64,000 bases of DNA from an uncultured Bdellovibrio sp. (GTDB taxonomy: Bacteria; Bdellovibrionota; Bdellovibrionia; Bdellovibrionales; Bdellovibrionaceae): contig CAWVRN010000001.1 in NCBI GenBank assembly GCA_963932905.1, forward strand, positions 224,001 through 288,000, read 5' to 3'. Below, in pieces: positions 18,576 through 27,936 of this stretch (positions are counted from its first letter, which is position 1; each line of letters opens with the position of its first letter). A model generated the notes under the pieces. The model did not search any database, was not told the DNA's origin, and was given only the letters and a program-made list of their open reading frames with translations. Made by a program: the position numbers and the translations under genes.

Positions 18576-19871
18576 TTAGAATTGTTCAAACCATTGACGG
18601 AAAAACTCCCCGCGAGTTTCAAAGCTTGTAAATTCATCCTGACTAACTCCCCCGGGACTAAATAACACAACAGAGTCTATTCCTAGTTTTTCGGCGTTTA
18701 AGTTTCTTAGAAGTAAATCTAGAGTCTGAAACTCAGGAGCTAAAGAGCCTAATGTCTGTTTGATGGTGGATCCGTGTTCGCCGAAAAAATAGAGGTTAAT
18801 ACTAGGATCAGAAACCGATGATTTGAGTTCGATCCAAGGAAGTTTTTTATCTCGGCCACCCAGTAATAAATTAATTTTCAGATTAGGAAAGGACTCCTTC
18901 GTAGCGTCAATAGCTGCTTTTACACTGTCGATAGTTGTGGCTTTGCTGTCATTGATGAAAATCACATTCTTTTTTAAGCCCAGATTTTCCAGACGATGCG
19001 ATAAGCCTCGAAAAGACTTAATTCCCTTGAAATAAGACGCTGGGAAACTGCATTCGATACCTAATGTCGCTGCCATGGCCAAGTTGTCCTGATTGTGTTT
19101 ACCTATTAGATCTGCTTTTTCCAACTCGTATGCCTTAAGATCGCTGTTTTCAGCACACGACCATTTCAATTTTTCCGATGATTTGCCCCGAGTGAAAGTT
19201 TTTAAATCGCCGCCATGTTCATTTAAAAACATTTTGTTTTTAGTGCGGTTTAAAAGAGTCCACTTTGTTTCATAGTATTCGTTTAACGAATTATACCGCT
19301 CCAGATGATTCGGTGACAAAAATGTCACTAAACTATAATCGACAGATAATTTTTCTACGTTTTCTAATTGATAGCTTGAAAGCTCAAGTACTATCCATTG
19401 CGCTTTTTTACTGGGATCTTTGTAAATAGACAGTGCGTATTCGCAAAAGGGAATACCTAAGTTACCACCTACAAAAACATGGGGATCAAATGTTTGAATA
19501 CCCGCACCGATGATACTTGTCGTGGTGCTCTTTCCCAGTGATCCCGTGACGCCGATAATTTTTTCTGTCGTCACTTGGCTGAGAGCTAAATTAATTTCGC
19601 TTGTAATAACAACGCCTTGATCACGCCATTTTTGTATGAACTTTTTTTGTAACGGCACTCCGGGGGAAATCACCGCAGTTTTGATATTTGTAAGGGTGTA
19701 TAATTCTGCCTCTGTTTTGTACTGGGCGTCTGGTTTGTTTTCATCAAAAGTTAAAATGTCTTTTTCTTGAAAACCAGATTCAAGTAGTAGTTTCTTTGCA
19801 GCAATTCCACTGCGGGCTAGGCCAACGATGATAACTGGAGGTTGTATTTGAGTTTTCAAATTAAACGACAT
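18576..19871 (-). CDS. murD: UDP-N-acetylmuramoyl-L-alanine--D-glutamate ligase
   Basis: GLARSG, SPGVP, GVTGSLGKSTT, LELSSYQL, HLERY, NDSKAT, GGRDK. Confidence 0.95.
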   Translation of the reverse strand: MSFNLKTQIQPPVIIVGLARSGIAAKKLLLESGFQEKDILTFDENKPDAQYKTEAELYTLTNIKTAVISPGVPLQKKFIQKWRDQGVVITSEINLALSQVTTEKIIGVTGSLGKSTTTSIIGAGIQTFDPHVFVGGNLGIPFCEYALSIYKDPSKKAQWIVLELSSYQLENVEKLSVDYSLVTFLSPNHLERYNSLNEYYETKWTLLNRTKNKMFLNEHGGDLKTFTRGKSSEKLKWSCAENSDLKAYELEKADLIGKHNQDNLAMAATLGIECSFPASYFKGIKSFRGLSHRLENLGLKKNVIFINDSKATTIDSVKAAIDATKESFPNLKINLLLGGRDKKLPWIELKSSVSDPSINLYFFGEHGSTIKQTLGSLAPEFQTLDLLLRNLNAEKLGIDSVVLFSPGGVSQDEFTSFETRGEFFRQWFEQF

Positions 19872-19882
19872 ACAGTTTATTT

Positions 19883-21307
19883 ATGACGACTGAAGATTTC
19901 AGTAAAGCAAATTATACAGCTATTATCAGTGACTTGCATTTATGCGAGGCTGAACCGGTACATCCTAAATACCCATTGTGGAAAAAATTTAAAACAAAAG
20001 AATTTTTCTTTGACGATGAATTCGAAGGTTTTTTGAAATTAATCTCGTCTCTAGCCAATGGAGACCGCATTGAGCTGGTGTTAAATGGTGACATTTTCGA
20101 TTTCGACTCGGTCACGTCCTACCCTAAAGACGCTGTTTACAAGATTTCCTGGCTAGAAAAAATTCGTGGAATGAAACCTCGTGAAGAACGCTCTTTATAT
20201 AAAATCGATAGAATTATAGATGACCACCCGTTATTTTTTTCGGCCTTAAGTGAATTCATCAAAGCTGGCAACAGAGTCATTTTCATTATGGGAAATCACG
20301 ATGTAGAATTGCATTATAAATCGGTACAAAAAGCGATTTTGAATTCCTTACGATTGACTCCTGATTTGGAAAGCCGGGTACGATTTAACGAATGGTTTTA
20401 TATTTCTAATCAAGACACGTTGATTGAGCACGGTAATCAGTATGATCCTTATTGCATCTACGACGACCCGATAAATCCGTTCGTAAAAGGCTATAATTAT
20501 TACTATTTGAAATTGCCGTTCGGAAATCTGGCTTCTCGTTACATCATGAATGGGATGGGCTTTTTTAATCCACATTTTGATTCCAATTACATTATGGGAG
20601 TCAAAGAGTATATTCGAATATTTTTTAAGTACATGTTGAAAGCTCAGCCATTTCTAGTGGTTTCTTGGTTTGTGGGTTCCGTTTGGACTTTGTTTTACAC
20701 CGTGAAAGATCAGTTTGCTGAACCTTTGAAAAATCCACTTAAAACAGAAGAACGGGTAAATGAAATTGCAACTAAAGCCAACGCTACGCCAAGACAAGTT
20801 CGCGAGTTAAAGGAACTATTTGTCGATAACTCTAGCCGTGATCCGATGTTGATCATGAAAGAGCTTTGGCTTGATCGTGCGTTCTTAATCGTATTTAGTT
20901 TTTATTTGGTTTATTTATTATTTTCGATTTTAAAAAGTATCTTTGATATTTCTCTGTTTTGGGGATTGATTCCGTTAGTTTTTCTGTTTCCGTTTTTTCT
21001 GTTTTATTCAAAATCTATTGTTTCACACGTTTCAGGATACAAAGAACCGGATGAAAAAATCTTAGCCGTTGCTGGTCATATCAGCGCGGTATCCCGCATT
21101 GTATTTGGGCATACGCATATCCCGCGCCACGAAATGATTGGTGGAATTGAGCACTTAAATTCTGGGACGTGGTCGCCGGGATACCTTGATATTGAATGCA
21201 CTAAGCCGATCGATCTAAAGAACTTCGTGTGGATTTCACCTTCGGATCAAGAGGGCAAGCGCAATGCAGAATTAGTTAAGTACAAAAATTTGCACGGCGT
21301 CAAATAA
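19883..21307 (+). CDS. Calcineurin-like metallophosphoesterase with an inserted transmembrane hairpin
   Basis: SDLH, NGDIFD, GNHD, EHG, FGHTH, NSGTW motifs; two hydrophobic helices near the C-terminus. Confidence 0.88.
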   Translation: MTTEDFSKANYTAIISDLHLCEAEPVHPKYPLWKKFKTKEFFFDDEFEGFLKLISSLANGDRIELVLNGDIFDFDSVTSYPKDAVYKISWLEKIRGMKPREERSLYKIDRIIDDHPLFFSALSEFIKAGNRVIFIMGNHDVELHYKSVQKAILNSLRLTPDLESRVRFNEWFYISNQDTLIEHGNQYDPYCIYDDPINPFVKGYNYYYLKLPFGNLASRYIMNGMGFFNPHFDSNYIMGVKEYIRIFFKYMLKAQPFLVVSWFVGSVWTLFYTVKDQFAEPLKNPLKTEERVNEIATKANATPRQVRELKELFVDNSSRDPMLIMKELWLDRAFLIVFSFYLVYLLFSILKSIFDISLFWGLIPLVFLFPFFLFYSKSIVSHVSGYKEPDEKILAVAGHISAVSRIVFGHTHIPRHEMIGGIEHLNSGTWSPGYLDIECTKPIDLKNFVWISPSDQEGKRNAELVKYKNLHGVK

Positions 21308-21376
21308 GAAAACTTTTGTCCAGCTCAAATATAGTGTGCAACCATCAAATCTCATTGAAATAACTGGAGGCTAGAA

Positions 21377-21571
21377 ATGGCAGACATTCTTGTAGTGACA
21401 AGCAAAATTAAAAAAATCATCAAAGAAAAAGGTGATATGAACACTTCAGCAGCGACTATAGAAGTATTAAGCAAAGCTGTTGAGCGTCTTTGCATGAAAG
21501 GTATCGAAAGTGCGAAAGCGGACGGTCGTAAGACTGTTATGGATCGCGATATCATCATCGACCACATCTAA
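21377..21571 (+). CDS. Bacterial histone (Bd0055/HBb-like histone-fold protein)
   Basis: 64 aa MADILVVTSKIKKIIKEKGDMNTSAATIEVLSKAVERLCMKGIESAKADGRKTVMDRD; RKTV..RD histone-fold L2 motif; closely resembles B. bacteriovorus Bd0055 as recalled; GGAGG RBS. Confidence 0.93.
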   Translation: MADILVVTSKIKKIIKEKGDMNTSAATIEVLSKAVERLCMKGIESAKADGRKTVMDRDIIIDHI

Positions 21572-21617
21572 TTCATTTTAGATTCGTATCGAGATAAACC
21601 TAAGATTTAGAGTTTAT

Positions 21618-21649
21618 TAGGGCCTTTGATAAAAGGGCCCTATTTTTTT
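21618..21649 (+). terminator. Probable intrinsic terminator after the histone gene
   Basis: tagggccttt-gat-aaaagggcccta hairpin followed by a T7 run, between convergent genes. Confidence 0.65.
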
Positions 21650-22890
21650 GCTTTAATCATGGTCGCTGTATTCAGCGCTATATTAAGTGGAAACGGCAAG
21701 CCGCCCGGAAAGTAGTCGGCCAGTGCGCTAACATGAAAAGCCACTTCCTCGTTCGATCTTAGATTCGGAAAGATAGCCTTGTAGCTATCTACATCCCATT
21801 CCAATGGTCTTTTCTTATCATCAAACTTCGTCGGCATAAAATTTTTCAAGTCTGGATTTGGATTGTCAAAAAGTGCCGCTAAATTCACTAACACCACTTT
21901 GCCTTTAAATGCTATCTGATGATTTCCTAGAAACGCGTTGCTTAATTTTGTCTGAGTTGAATCCAGTCTAATTGAAACCGCGATATACATTTTGTACCAC
22001 TCATAAGAGTATTTGAGCCATTTTTTCGACTCTCTACCAATACTAAGCAATGAAAAATAATCTTTCATGGCCGAACGAATTTCAAAATCAGAATTATTAA
22101 ATGTAACGATATTTGGGCCAGCTTTTGAAGATCCTTCGATGACTGTTTTAGAATCAGCCGTTTTGCGAATACCAAAAAGATCGCTGTATTTGTAAGCAGC
22201 CTGATACCCTAATTTCGCGCTGATAAGAGAAAGATTTTTTAGGGCCACAAGTGGTGTCACAGTTTTGTTGCTGGAACATGAGAATGTGCACTCGGTTTTG
22301 TAAGTGCCTTGTTTTAAGTCGTAAACTATCTGAGACGCTAAATTAACTCTTGAAATGAATTCCTTTTCTAGATGATATTGAACATCATTCGGAGAAATTG
22401 TTTTACGTTTACTTTTTTCAACTGAATCGTTTAAATAGCTATTGATAACGCTATTTTTTTTCCATGCAGACGTGTCCATCCCCGTTGCTAGTGTAAGGAA
22501 ATCGGTACCCAACATACCGATTGAATTTTGATTTAACATCGTGTTGTAAGCACGGAATGGCTTTAGAAGTAAAAGTTCTGCAGCTAGAACTCTTTCTACT
22601 TCTGCAACGGCCTTGTAGTTTTTTTCAATATTTGCGATCAACACTTCTAGTTCATCTGGGGTTTTTACTTTTGCAAAATCTTTTTCTAAAGAATTGGCCT
22701 CGGCAGATATGTTACGATCAGCGGTAGGAACGCTATCAAACAATGCTAATTCTGCCGGCGGAAACCAATCGTCCTTTGGACCGGAAGAATCAGTAGATTC
22801 GATAGCAACGACGCTTTCTTTTTTCTGCGAATGCGTGCAGCTGATGATTAATAAACAAGACGTTAAAATGTAGATTAAAAATCGAAACAT
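21640..22890 (-). CDS. Lipoprotein, unknown function, distant paralogue of 6378..7916
   Basis: IISC lipobox; motif blocks shared with the 6378..7916 product. Confidence 0.8.
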   Translation of the reverse strand: MFRFLIYILTSCLLIISCTHSQKKESVVAIESTDSSGPKDDWFPPAELALFDSVPTADRNISAEANSLEKDFAKVKTPDELEVLIANIEKNYKAVAEVERVLAAELLLLKPFRAYNTMLNQNSIGMLGTDFLTLATGMDTSAWKKNSVINSYLNDSVEKSKRKTISPNDVQYHLEKEFISRVNLASQIVYDLKQGTYKTECTFSCSSNKTVTPLVALKNLSLISAKLGYQAAYKYSDLFGIRKTADSKTVIEGSSKAGPNIVTFNNSDFEIRSAMKDYFSLLSIGRESKKWLKYSYEWYKMYIAVSIRLDSTQTKLSNAFLGNHQIAFKGKVVLVNLAALFDNPNPDLKNFMPTKFDDKKRPLEWDVDSYKAIFPNLRSNEEVAFHVSALADYFPGGLPFPLNIALNTATMIKAKK

Positions 22891-22946
22891 GGCAGCCCCT
22901 ATGTATAAGGAACTTCTCGGTTTTCAATTAGACCGTCGCCAGACGA

Positions 22947-25034
22947 CTAAGGTCCATTTTCAATCATCTTCAGGACCTCGTCCCAACCGATCACAGTGAC
23001 GCCTAAATTCGTTGCTTTATCCAACTTAGATCCAGGGTCATCACCGACGACAAGGAAATTAAGCTTACTAGAAACACCGCTTAGTAATTTACCGCCATTT
23101 TCTTGAATTTGGGCCTGAGCTTTATCTCGTGCGATAGGTAGAGTTCCCGTAATGAGAAAACTTTTCCCGCTTAAGGGTCCAGAGGTATTTACCTTGGCTT
23201 CTGCAACGCTGATTCCGGCCGCGATTAATGCTTTTACCTGACCGCGATTCGTTGTGCTGGATAACCAAGTTAAAACAGATTGCGCTACTTTTTCGCCAAT
23301 CTCTGGAACCTTCATCAATTCTTCTTCATTCGCATCAACAAAACGTTCTACGTTTAAAAAATGATCAGCCAAATGTTTCGCGGTTGTTTCGCCAATATAA
23401 CGAATTCCAAGTGCATAAATAAATCGCGCCAAAGTAGTTTTCTTGCTTTGCTCGATAGATTTTAAAATGTTGTCTGCTGATTTTTCACCTTGTCGATCTA
23501 GATTTAATAAGTCGGATTTTTTCAACACATAAAAGTCCGCAAATGATTTTACAAGATTACTATCTACAAAAGTTTCTATCCAGCGATCGCCCATTTTTTC
23601 AATATTCATCGCGCGTCGACTGGCAAAATGTTTTAATGATTCTTTTAAAATCGCCGGACATTCTGGATTTATACAGCGAATGACGGCTTCATCTGGATTT
23701 TCGTGAAGCTCGCTATTGCAACCGGGGCAGTGGGTTGGCAGTTTATATGGCTTTGATTTTTTATCGCGTTTTTCAGGAATTGATTTCACAATTTCAGGAA
23801 TAACGTCACCCGCGCGTTGGATAACGACGGTGTCGCCTACGCGAATATCTTTGCGATCGATTTCTTCCTGATTATGCAGCGTCGCGTACGTTACCGTAAC
23901 ACCGCCAACCTTCACTGGCTTCATCAACGCTACTGGGGTAATGGCGCCGGTACGGCCGACTTGGCAAAAAATTTCTTCAACGATTGTTTCAACTGTGTCG
24001 GGTTTAAATTTAGCGGCTGTTGCCCACCGCGGACTTTTTGCGACCATTCCTAATTCTTCTTGAGTTTTAATTGAATTTACTTTGACCACCAGACCGTCGA
24101 TATCGAATGGAAGTTTGCTCTTCGTATGTTCAAGCTCGTTGTAGTATTCTACCACCGCTTGAATATTTGTACATTTACGTGTGGCCAGAGCGTATGTCGG
24201 AATTCCTAACGTTTTAAATTTTTCATACACATCAGATTGGCTAGAAAAGCTAATTCCATTAACTTCGCCCAAATTATAACCGAAAAATTTCAAAGGGCGT
24301 GACGCCGTAATTTTTGAATCTAGCTGGCGAATCGATCCCGCCGCGGCATTGCGAGGATTCGCAAATGTCGGCAGACCTTCTTTTTCTTGGAACTCATTTA
24401 ACGATTTGAAGTCTTCTTTTGTGATCAAAACTTCGCCGCGAACTTCAAGTAGCTTCGGAGGGTTTTTTGAATTTAACCTAAGCGGAATGGATTTAATCGT
24501 TTTTACGTTAACGGTAACATCTTCACCTGTGATACCGTCTCCGCGAGTCAGTGCTTTAACAAGAATGCCATTCTCGTATATCAATTCCATCGACAGACCG
24601 TCGAATTTTGGCTCGCAAAAATATTCAAATTCAGATTCGATTTTTAAGAAATTTTGAATGCGTTGATCGAAGTCCAGCAAATCTTCTGGATCATAACTAT
24701 TTGCTAAAGACAGCATCGGAATGCGATGTGTTCCCTTGGTAAATATAGGCAGGACTGCGCCGCCGATTCGGTGGGTGGGTGAACTGGCCGTCAGCCAATT
24801 CGGATGGCGTAGTTCAATTTCTTTAAGAGCCGAGAAAAAATCGTCATATTCTTTATCAGAAACCAGAGGTTTATCTAACGTATGATAGTTGTAATCCAGC
24901 TGATGGACCCAGTCGATAAGCAGGTGATAATCCTCTTCAGTGATCTCCATGAGACTAGTTCGTACTTTATTGAATATTTTTTCCGCAGATTTTTTTTGGT
25001 CCTTAACAGAAGACATAAAATATTTAGACTTCAT
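22947..25034 (-). CDS. ligA: NAD-dependent DNA ligase
   Basis: PMLSLAN, EPKFDG, TRGDG, EVRGE, NPRNAAAGS, C4 zinc finger, C-terminal BRCT; exact start uncertain (25034 or 25016). Confidence 0.97.
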   Translation of the reverse strand: MKSKYFMSSVKDQKKSAEKIFNKVRTSLMEITEEDYHLLIDWVHQLDYNYHTLDKPLVSDKEYDDFFSALKEIELRHPNWLTASSPTHRIGGAVLPIFTKGTHRIPMLSLANSYDPEDLLDFDQRIQNFLKIESEFEYFCEPKFDGLSMELIYENGILVKALTRGDGITGEDVTVNVKTIKSIPLRLNSKNPPKLLEVRGEVLITKEDFKSLNEFQEKEGLPTFANPRNAAAGSIRQLDSKITASRPLKFFGYNLGEVNGISFSSQSDVYEKFKTLGIPTYALATRKCTNIQAVVEYYNELEHTKSKLPFDIDGLVVKVNSIKTQEELGMVAKSPRWATAAKFKPDTVETIVEEIFCQVGRTGAITPVALMKPVKVGGVTVTYATLHNQEEIDRKDIRVGDTVVIQRAGDVIPEIVKSIPEKRDKKSKPYKLPTHCPGCNSELHENPDEAVIRCINPECPAILKESLKHFASRRAMNIEKMGDRWIETFVDSNLVKSFADFYVLKKSDLLNLDRQGEKSADNILKSIEQSKKTTLARFIYALGIRYIGETTAKHLADHFLNVERFVDANEEELMKVPEIGEKVAQSVLTWLSSTTNRGQVKALIAAGISVAEAKVNTSGPLSGKSFLITGTLPIARDKAQAQIQENGGKLLSGVSSKLNFLVVGDDPGSKLDKATNLGVTVIGWDEVLKMIENGP

Positions 25035-25125
25035 TTTTCGCTTCAAGGCAAGCTTTTGAAACGGACTGCTGACTTGCTTGATCTAACGAAAGACGTTATG
25101 CTTGGCAAGCAATCGGAGATTTGAA

Positions 25126-26097
25126 TTGAAGGCAAAATTAAATTGGAAAATAGGTTTGGTTTTAGGTGTCGTCGGTCTTGGCGCCTTGACGTTTTTTTCG
25201 CTGCAAAAGCCATTTGTTCCTGCCCCATATTCCAGTTACAAACCCGTTTGGTCAACCTCGGATCTAAGCCGATTACAGGCAGGAATCGATAAAAAAGAAA
25301 AAACATTTCCCAATTTAAAGCGTGATAATGAAAAAAAGATTGGGTTTCACAATGGGCCTCAGCCCACAGAGTATTCCTTCATTTATATGCCGGGATTTTC
25401 GGCGACTCGTAAGGAAATTTTTCCGGTAGTTGAAAGCCTGGCAAAGCAGTTTTCGGCCAACTATTTTTTAACTCGCTTTCCGGCTCATGGTGAATCGGCG
25501 ATGGATTACAAAAATTTAAAAGCTCAGGATCTATTCGACACGGGTCATGAAGCGATCGAGATAGCGCCGAAGCTGGGAAAAAAGAAGATCTTTGTAGGCA
25601 CATCGACAGGGGCTGCGATTTTGTCGTCCGCCTTAGTCCAAGACTTGGATATTGATGCGGCAGTTTTCGTATCCCCTGCGTTTGCGGTTTATCCGGCGAA
25701 TTCTTGGTTGCTGAGCACTCGTATTGGGCCTATTCTAAATAAAATTTTAATAGATGAAGTTCGATCTTGGACACCAAGAAACCCGGTAATGGAACAATAT
25801 TGGAATACGTCTTATCACCGCAATAGTCTTATTGCACTGCTACAGAGCGTAGAGTATGTTCGCAGTCTTGATTTTTCGTTGATCAAGAAACCAGTTTTAG
25901 TTTTATTCACTAAAAACGATGATGTGGTGGTTGTGGATGCGATTTTATCAAAATTTGCAGAAATTAAACATCCTCATAAACGTTTGGTAGAAATTCCCGC
26001 GTCTAGTCATGTGCTAGCTGGAGAATTTACCTCGCCGGAAACGACTGAAATTGTGATCAAAGAGATCCATGATTGGATTCAGTCCCTGGACCTTTAA
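25126..26097 (+). CDS. Alpha/beta hydrolase (esterase/lipase) with an N-terminal membrane anchor
   Basis: PGFS oxyanion segment, GTSTG nucleophile elbow, DDVV Asp, SHVL His; GGAG RBS before TTG 25126. Confidence 0.85.
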   Translation: MKAKLNWKIGLVLGVVGLGALTFFSLQKPFVPAPYSSYKPVWSTSDLSRLQAGIDKKEKTFPNLKRDNEKKIGFHNGPQPTEYSFIYMPGFSATRKEIFPVVESLAKQFSANYFLTRFPAHGESAMDYKNLKAQDLFDTGHEAIEIAPKLGKKKIFVGTSTGAAILSSALVQDLDIDAAVFVSPAFAVYPANSWLLSTRIGPILNKILIDEVRSWTPRNPVMEQYWNTSYHRNSLIALLQSVEYVRSLDFSLIKKPVLVLFTKNDDVVVVDAILSKFAEIKHPHKRLVEIPASSHVLAGEFTSPETTEIVIKEIHDWIQSLDL

Positions 26098-26167
26098 AAA
26101 ACAACAGATCGTTGAACTCAAAACTAAAGTGTCCTAAGCTATTAGCAGCCTAAACTAGGAGTTTACT

Positions 26168-26446
26168 TTGGACGCTGAAACGCTAAAAAAAATGGCCCAC
26201 TTAAGTCGACTTGAGCTTTCTGAAGCTGAGTCTAATCAACTTGGTAAAGACTTGGGTAAAGTTCTAAATTTTTTCAATCAAATTGCGGAAGTAAATACGA
26301 AAGGTGTTGAGCCCATGGTAACACCGGTTGAGATCGAAACTTTTCTACGCGAAGATGAAAAGAATAATGAAATCACAACCGAAGAAATCATGGCGAATGC
26401 GCCATCGCGTGCCGGAAATTTATTTAAAGTTCCTCCTGTCGTATAG
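26168..26446 (+). CDS. gatC: Asp/Glu-tRNA amidotransferase subunit C
   Basis: AHLSRL, LREDE, NAP...FKVP; first gene of gatCAB. Confidence 0.95.
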   Translation: MDAETLKKMAHLSRLELSEAESNQLGKDLGKVLNFFNQIAEVNTKGVEPMVTPVEIETFLREDEKNNEITTEEIMANAPSRAGNLFKVPPVV

Positions 26447-26454
26447 GATTTAAA

Positions 26455-27936
26455 ATGGACATATTAAAATCATCTCTAAAAGAAATCAGCTCCGCTGTTC
26501 GAGCAAAGAAAGTTTCGGTTAAAGAAGTCGCAGAATTTTATATGAAACGCGCAGCCACTCATAATCCGAAACTAAATGCCTATATCACAATGAATGATCA
26601 GGTTCTTGAGCAAGCTAAAGAAATCGATTCCAAAATTGCTAAGGGCGAAGATTTATCCTCGAAAAAATTATTGGGTGTTCCATTCGGCATCAAAGACATG
26701 CTTTGCACGAAAGGTCTTAAGACTACGGCTGCTTCAAAAATCCTAGAGAACTTTGTTCCGCCTTATGATGCCACGGTTGTTAGTCGTATTAAATCGAACG
26801 GTGGCTTAATTTTAGGAAAATTAAATCAAGATGAATTTGCAATGGGAAGTTCGAATGAAACCTCATTCTATGGTTTATGTCGCAACCCATGGGATTTAGA
26901 TCGCGTTCCGGGCGGATCTAGCGGTGGCTCGGCAGCCGCTCAGTCAGCGGGTTTGGCCGCAGCGACAATCGGAACAGACACCGGTGGCTCAATCAGACAG
27001 CCAGCCAGTTATTGCGGTGTTGTGGGTGTAAAGCCAACGTATGGTCGTGTCTCGCGATACGGAATCATTGCGTATGCATCTAGTTTAGATCAAGCGGGTC
27101 CTATGGTTAATTCCGTGGAAGATGCGGCGTTGGTGTTAGAAAGCATTTGTGGTTTTGATCAAATGGATTCAACGACCTCTCAACGTAAAGATATTCAATT
27201 CAGCCAAAACATTAACAAATCAGTTAAGGGTTTGAAGATTGGAGTGCTGAAAGAATTTTTCTCGGACCAATTAGATTCCGACGTTAAAAAAGCGCTTGAG
27301 CTATCAATTGAAAATTTAAAAAAACAGGGCGCCGACATAGTCGAAGTTTCAATTCCGTTAACTAAACATGCGGTTCCGATATACTACTTGATCGCTTCCA
27401 GCGAAGCGTCTTCTAATTTATCTCGTTATGATGGCGTGAAGTATGGGTATCGTCATGACTTTAAAGATTTATCAAGCGTCAGCCTGGATTCTTTTTATTC
27501 AAAAACTCGCGGTGATGGTTTTGGTTCTGAAGTGAAACGAAGAATCATCATGGGTACGTATTGTTTATCCAGCGGTTACTATGAAGCGTATTATGGAAAA
27601 GCCTCTCAAGTTCGTAGGATGCTGAAAGCACAGTTCAGTGATGTATTTAAATCGTGTGATGCTTTGATTTCACCGGTATCAACGACTCCGGCGTTTAAAA
27701 TTGGTGAACGCATTGATGATGCCCTAGCAATGTATTTGAATGATATCTTTACGGTATCTACAAATTTAGCGGGAATTCCGGGAATGAGTATTCCGTATTC
27801 ACTGAGCCAAAAGAATTTACCAATTGGTATTCAGTTAATGTGTAAAGATTTTGATGAGCAGAAAATGTTAAACATTGCGGCCGCCTTAGAAGAGACGTCG
27901 TCAGTTCGCGGTGCTCTACCAAAGGGGTTTGCATAA
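26455..27936 (+). CDS. gatA: Asp/Glu-tRNA amidotransferase subunit A
   Basis: Amidase signature PGGSSGGS, GTDTGGSIRQPA, EASSNLSRYDG. Confidence 0.98.
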   Translation: MDILKSSLKEISSAVRAKKVSVKEVAEFYMKRAATHNPKLNAYITMNDQVLEQAKEIDSKIAKGEDLSSKKLLGVPFGIKDMLCTKGLKTTAASKILENFVPPYDATVVSRIKSNGGLILGKLNQDEFAMGSSNETSFYGLCRNPWDLDRVPGGSSGGSAAAQSAGLAAATIGTDTGGSIRQPASYCGVVGVKPTYGRVSRYGIIAYASSLDQAGPMVNSVEDAALVLESICGFDQMDSTTSQRKDIQFSQNINKSVKGLKIGVLKEFFSDQLDSDVKKALELSIENLKKQGADIVEVSIPLTKHAVPIYYLIASSEASSNLSRYDGVKYGYRHDFKDLSSVSLDSFYSKTRGDGFGSEVKRRIIMGTYCLSSGYYEAYYGKASQVRRMLKAQFSDVFKSCDALISPVSTTPAFKIGERIDDALAMYLNDIFTVSTNLAGIPGMSIPYSLSQKNLPIGIQLMCKDFDEQKMLNIAAALEETSSVRGALPKGFA

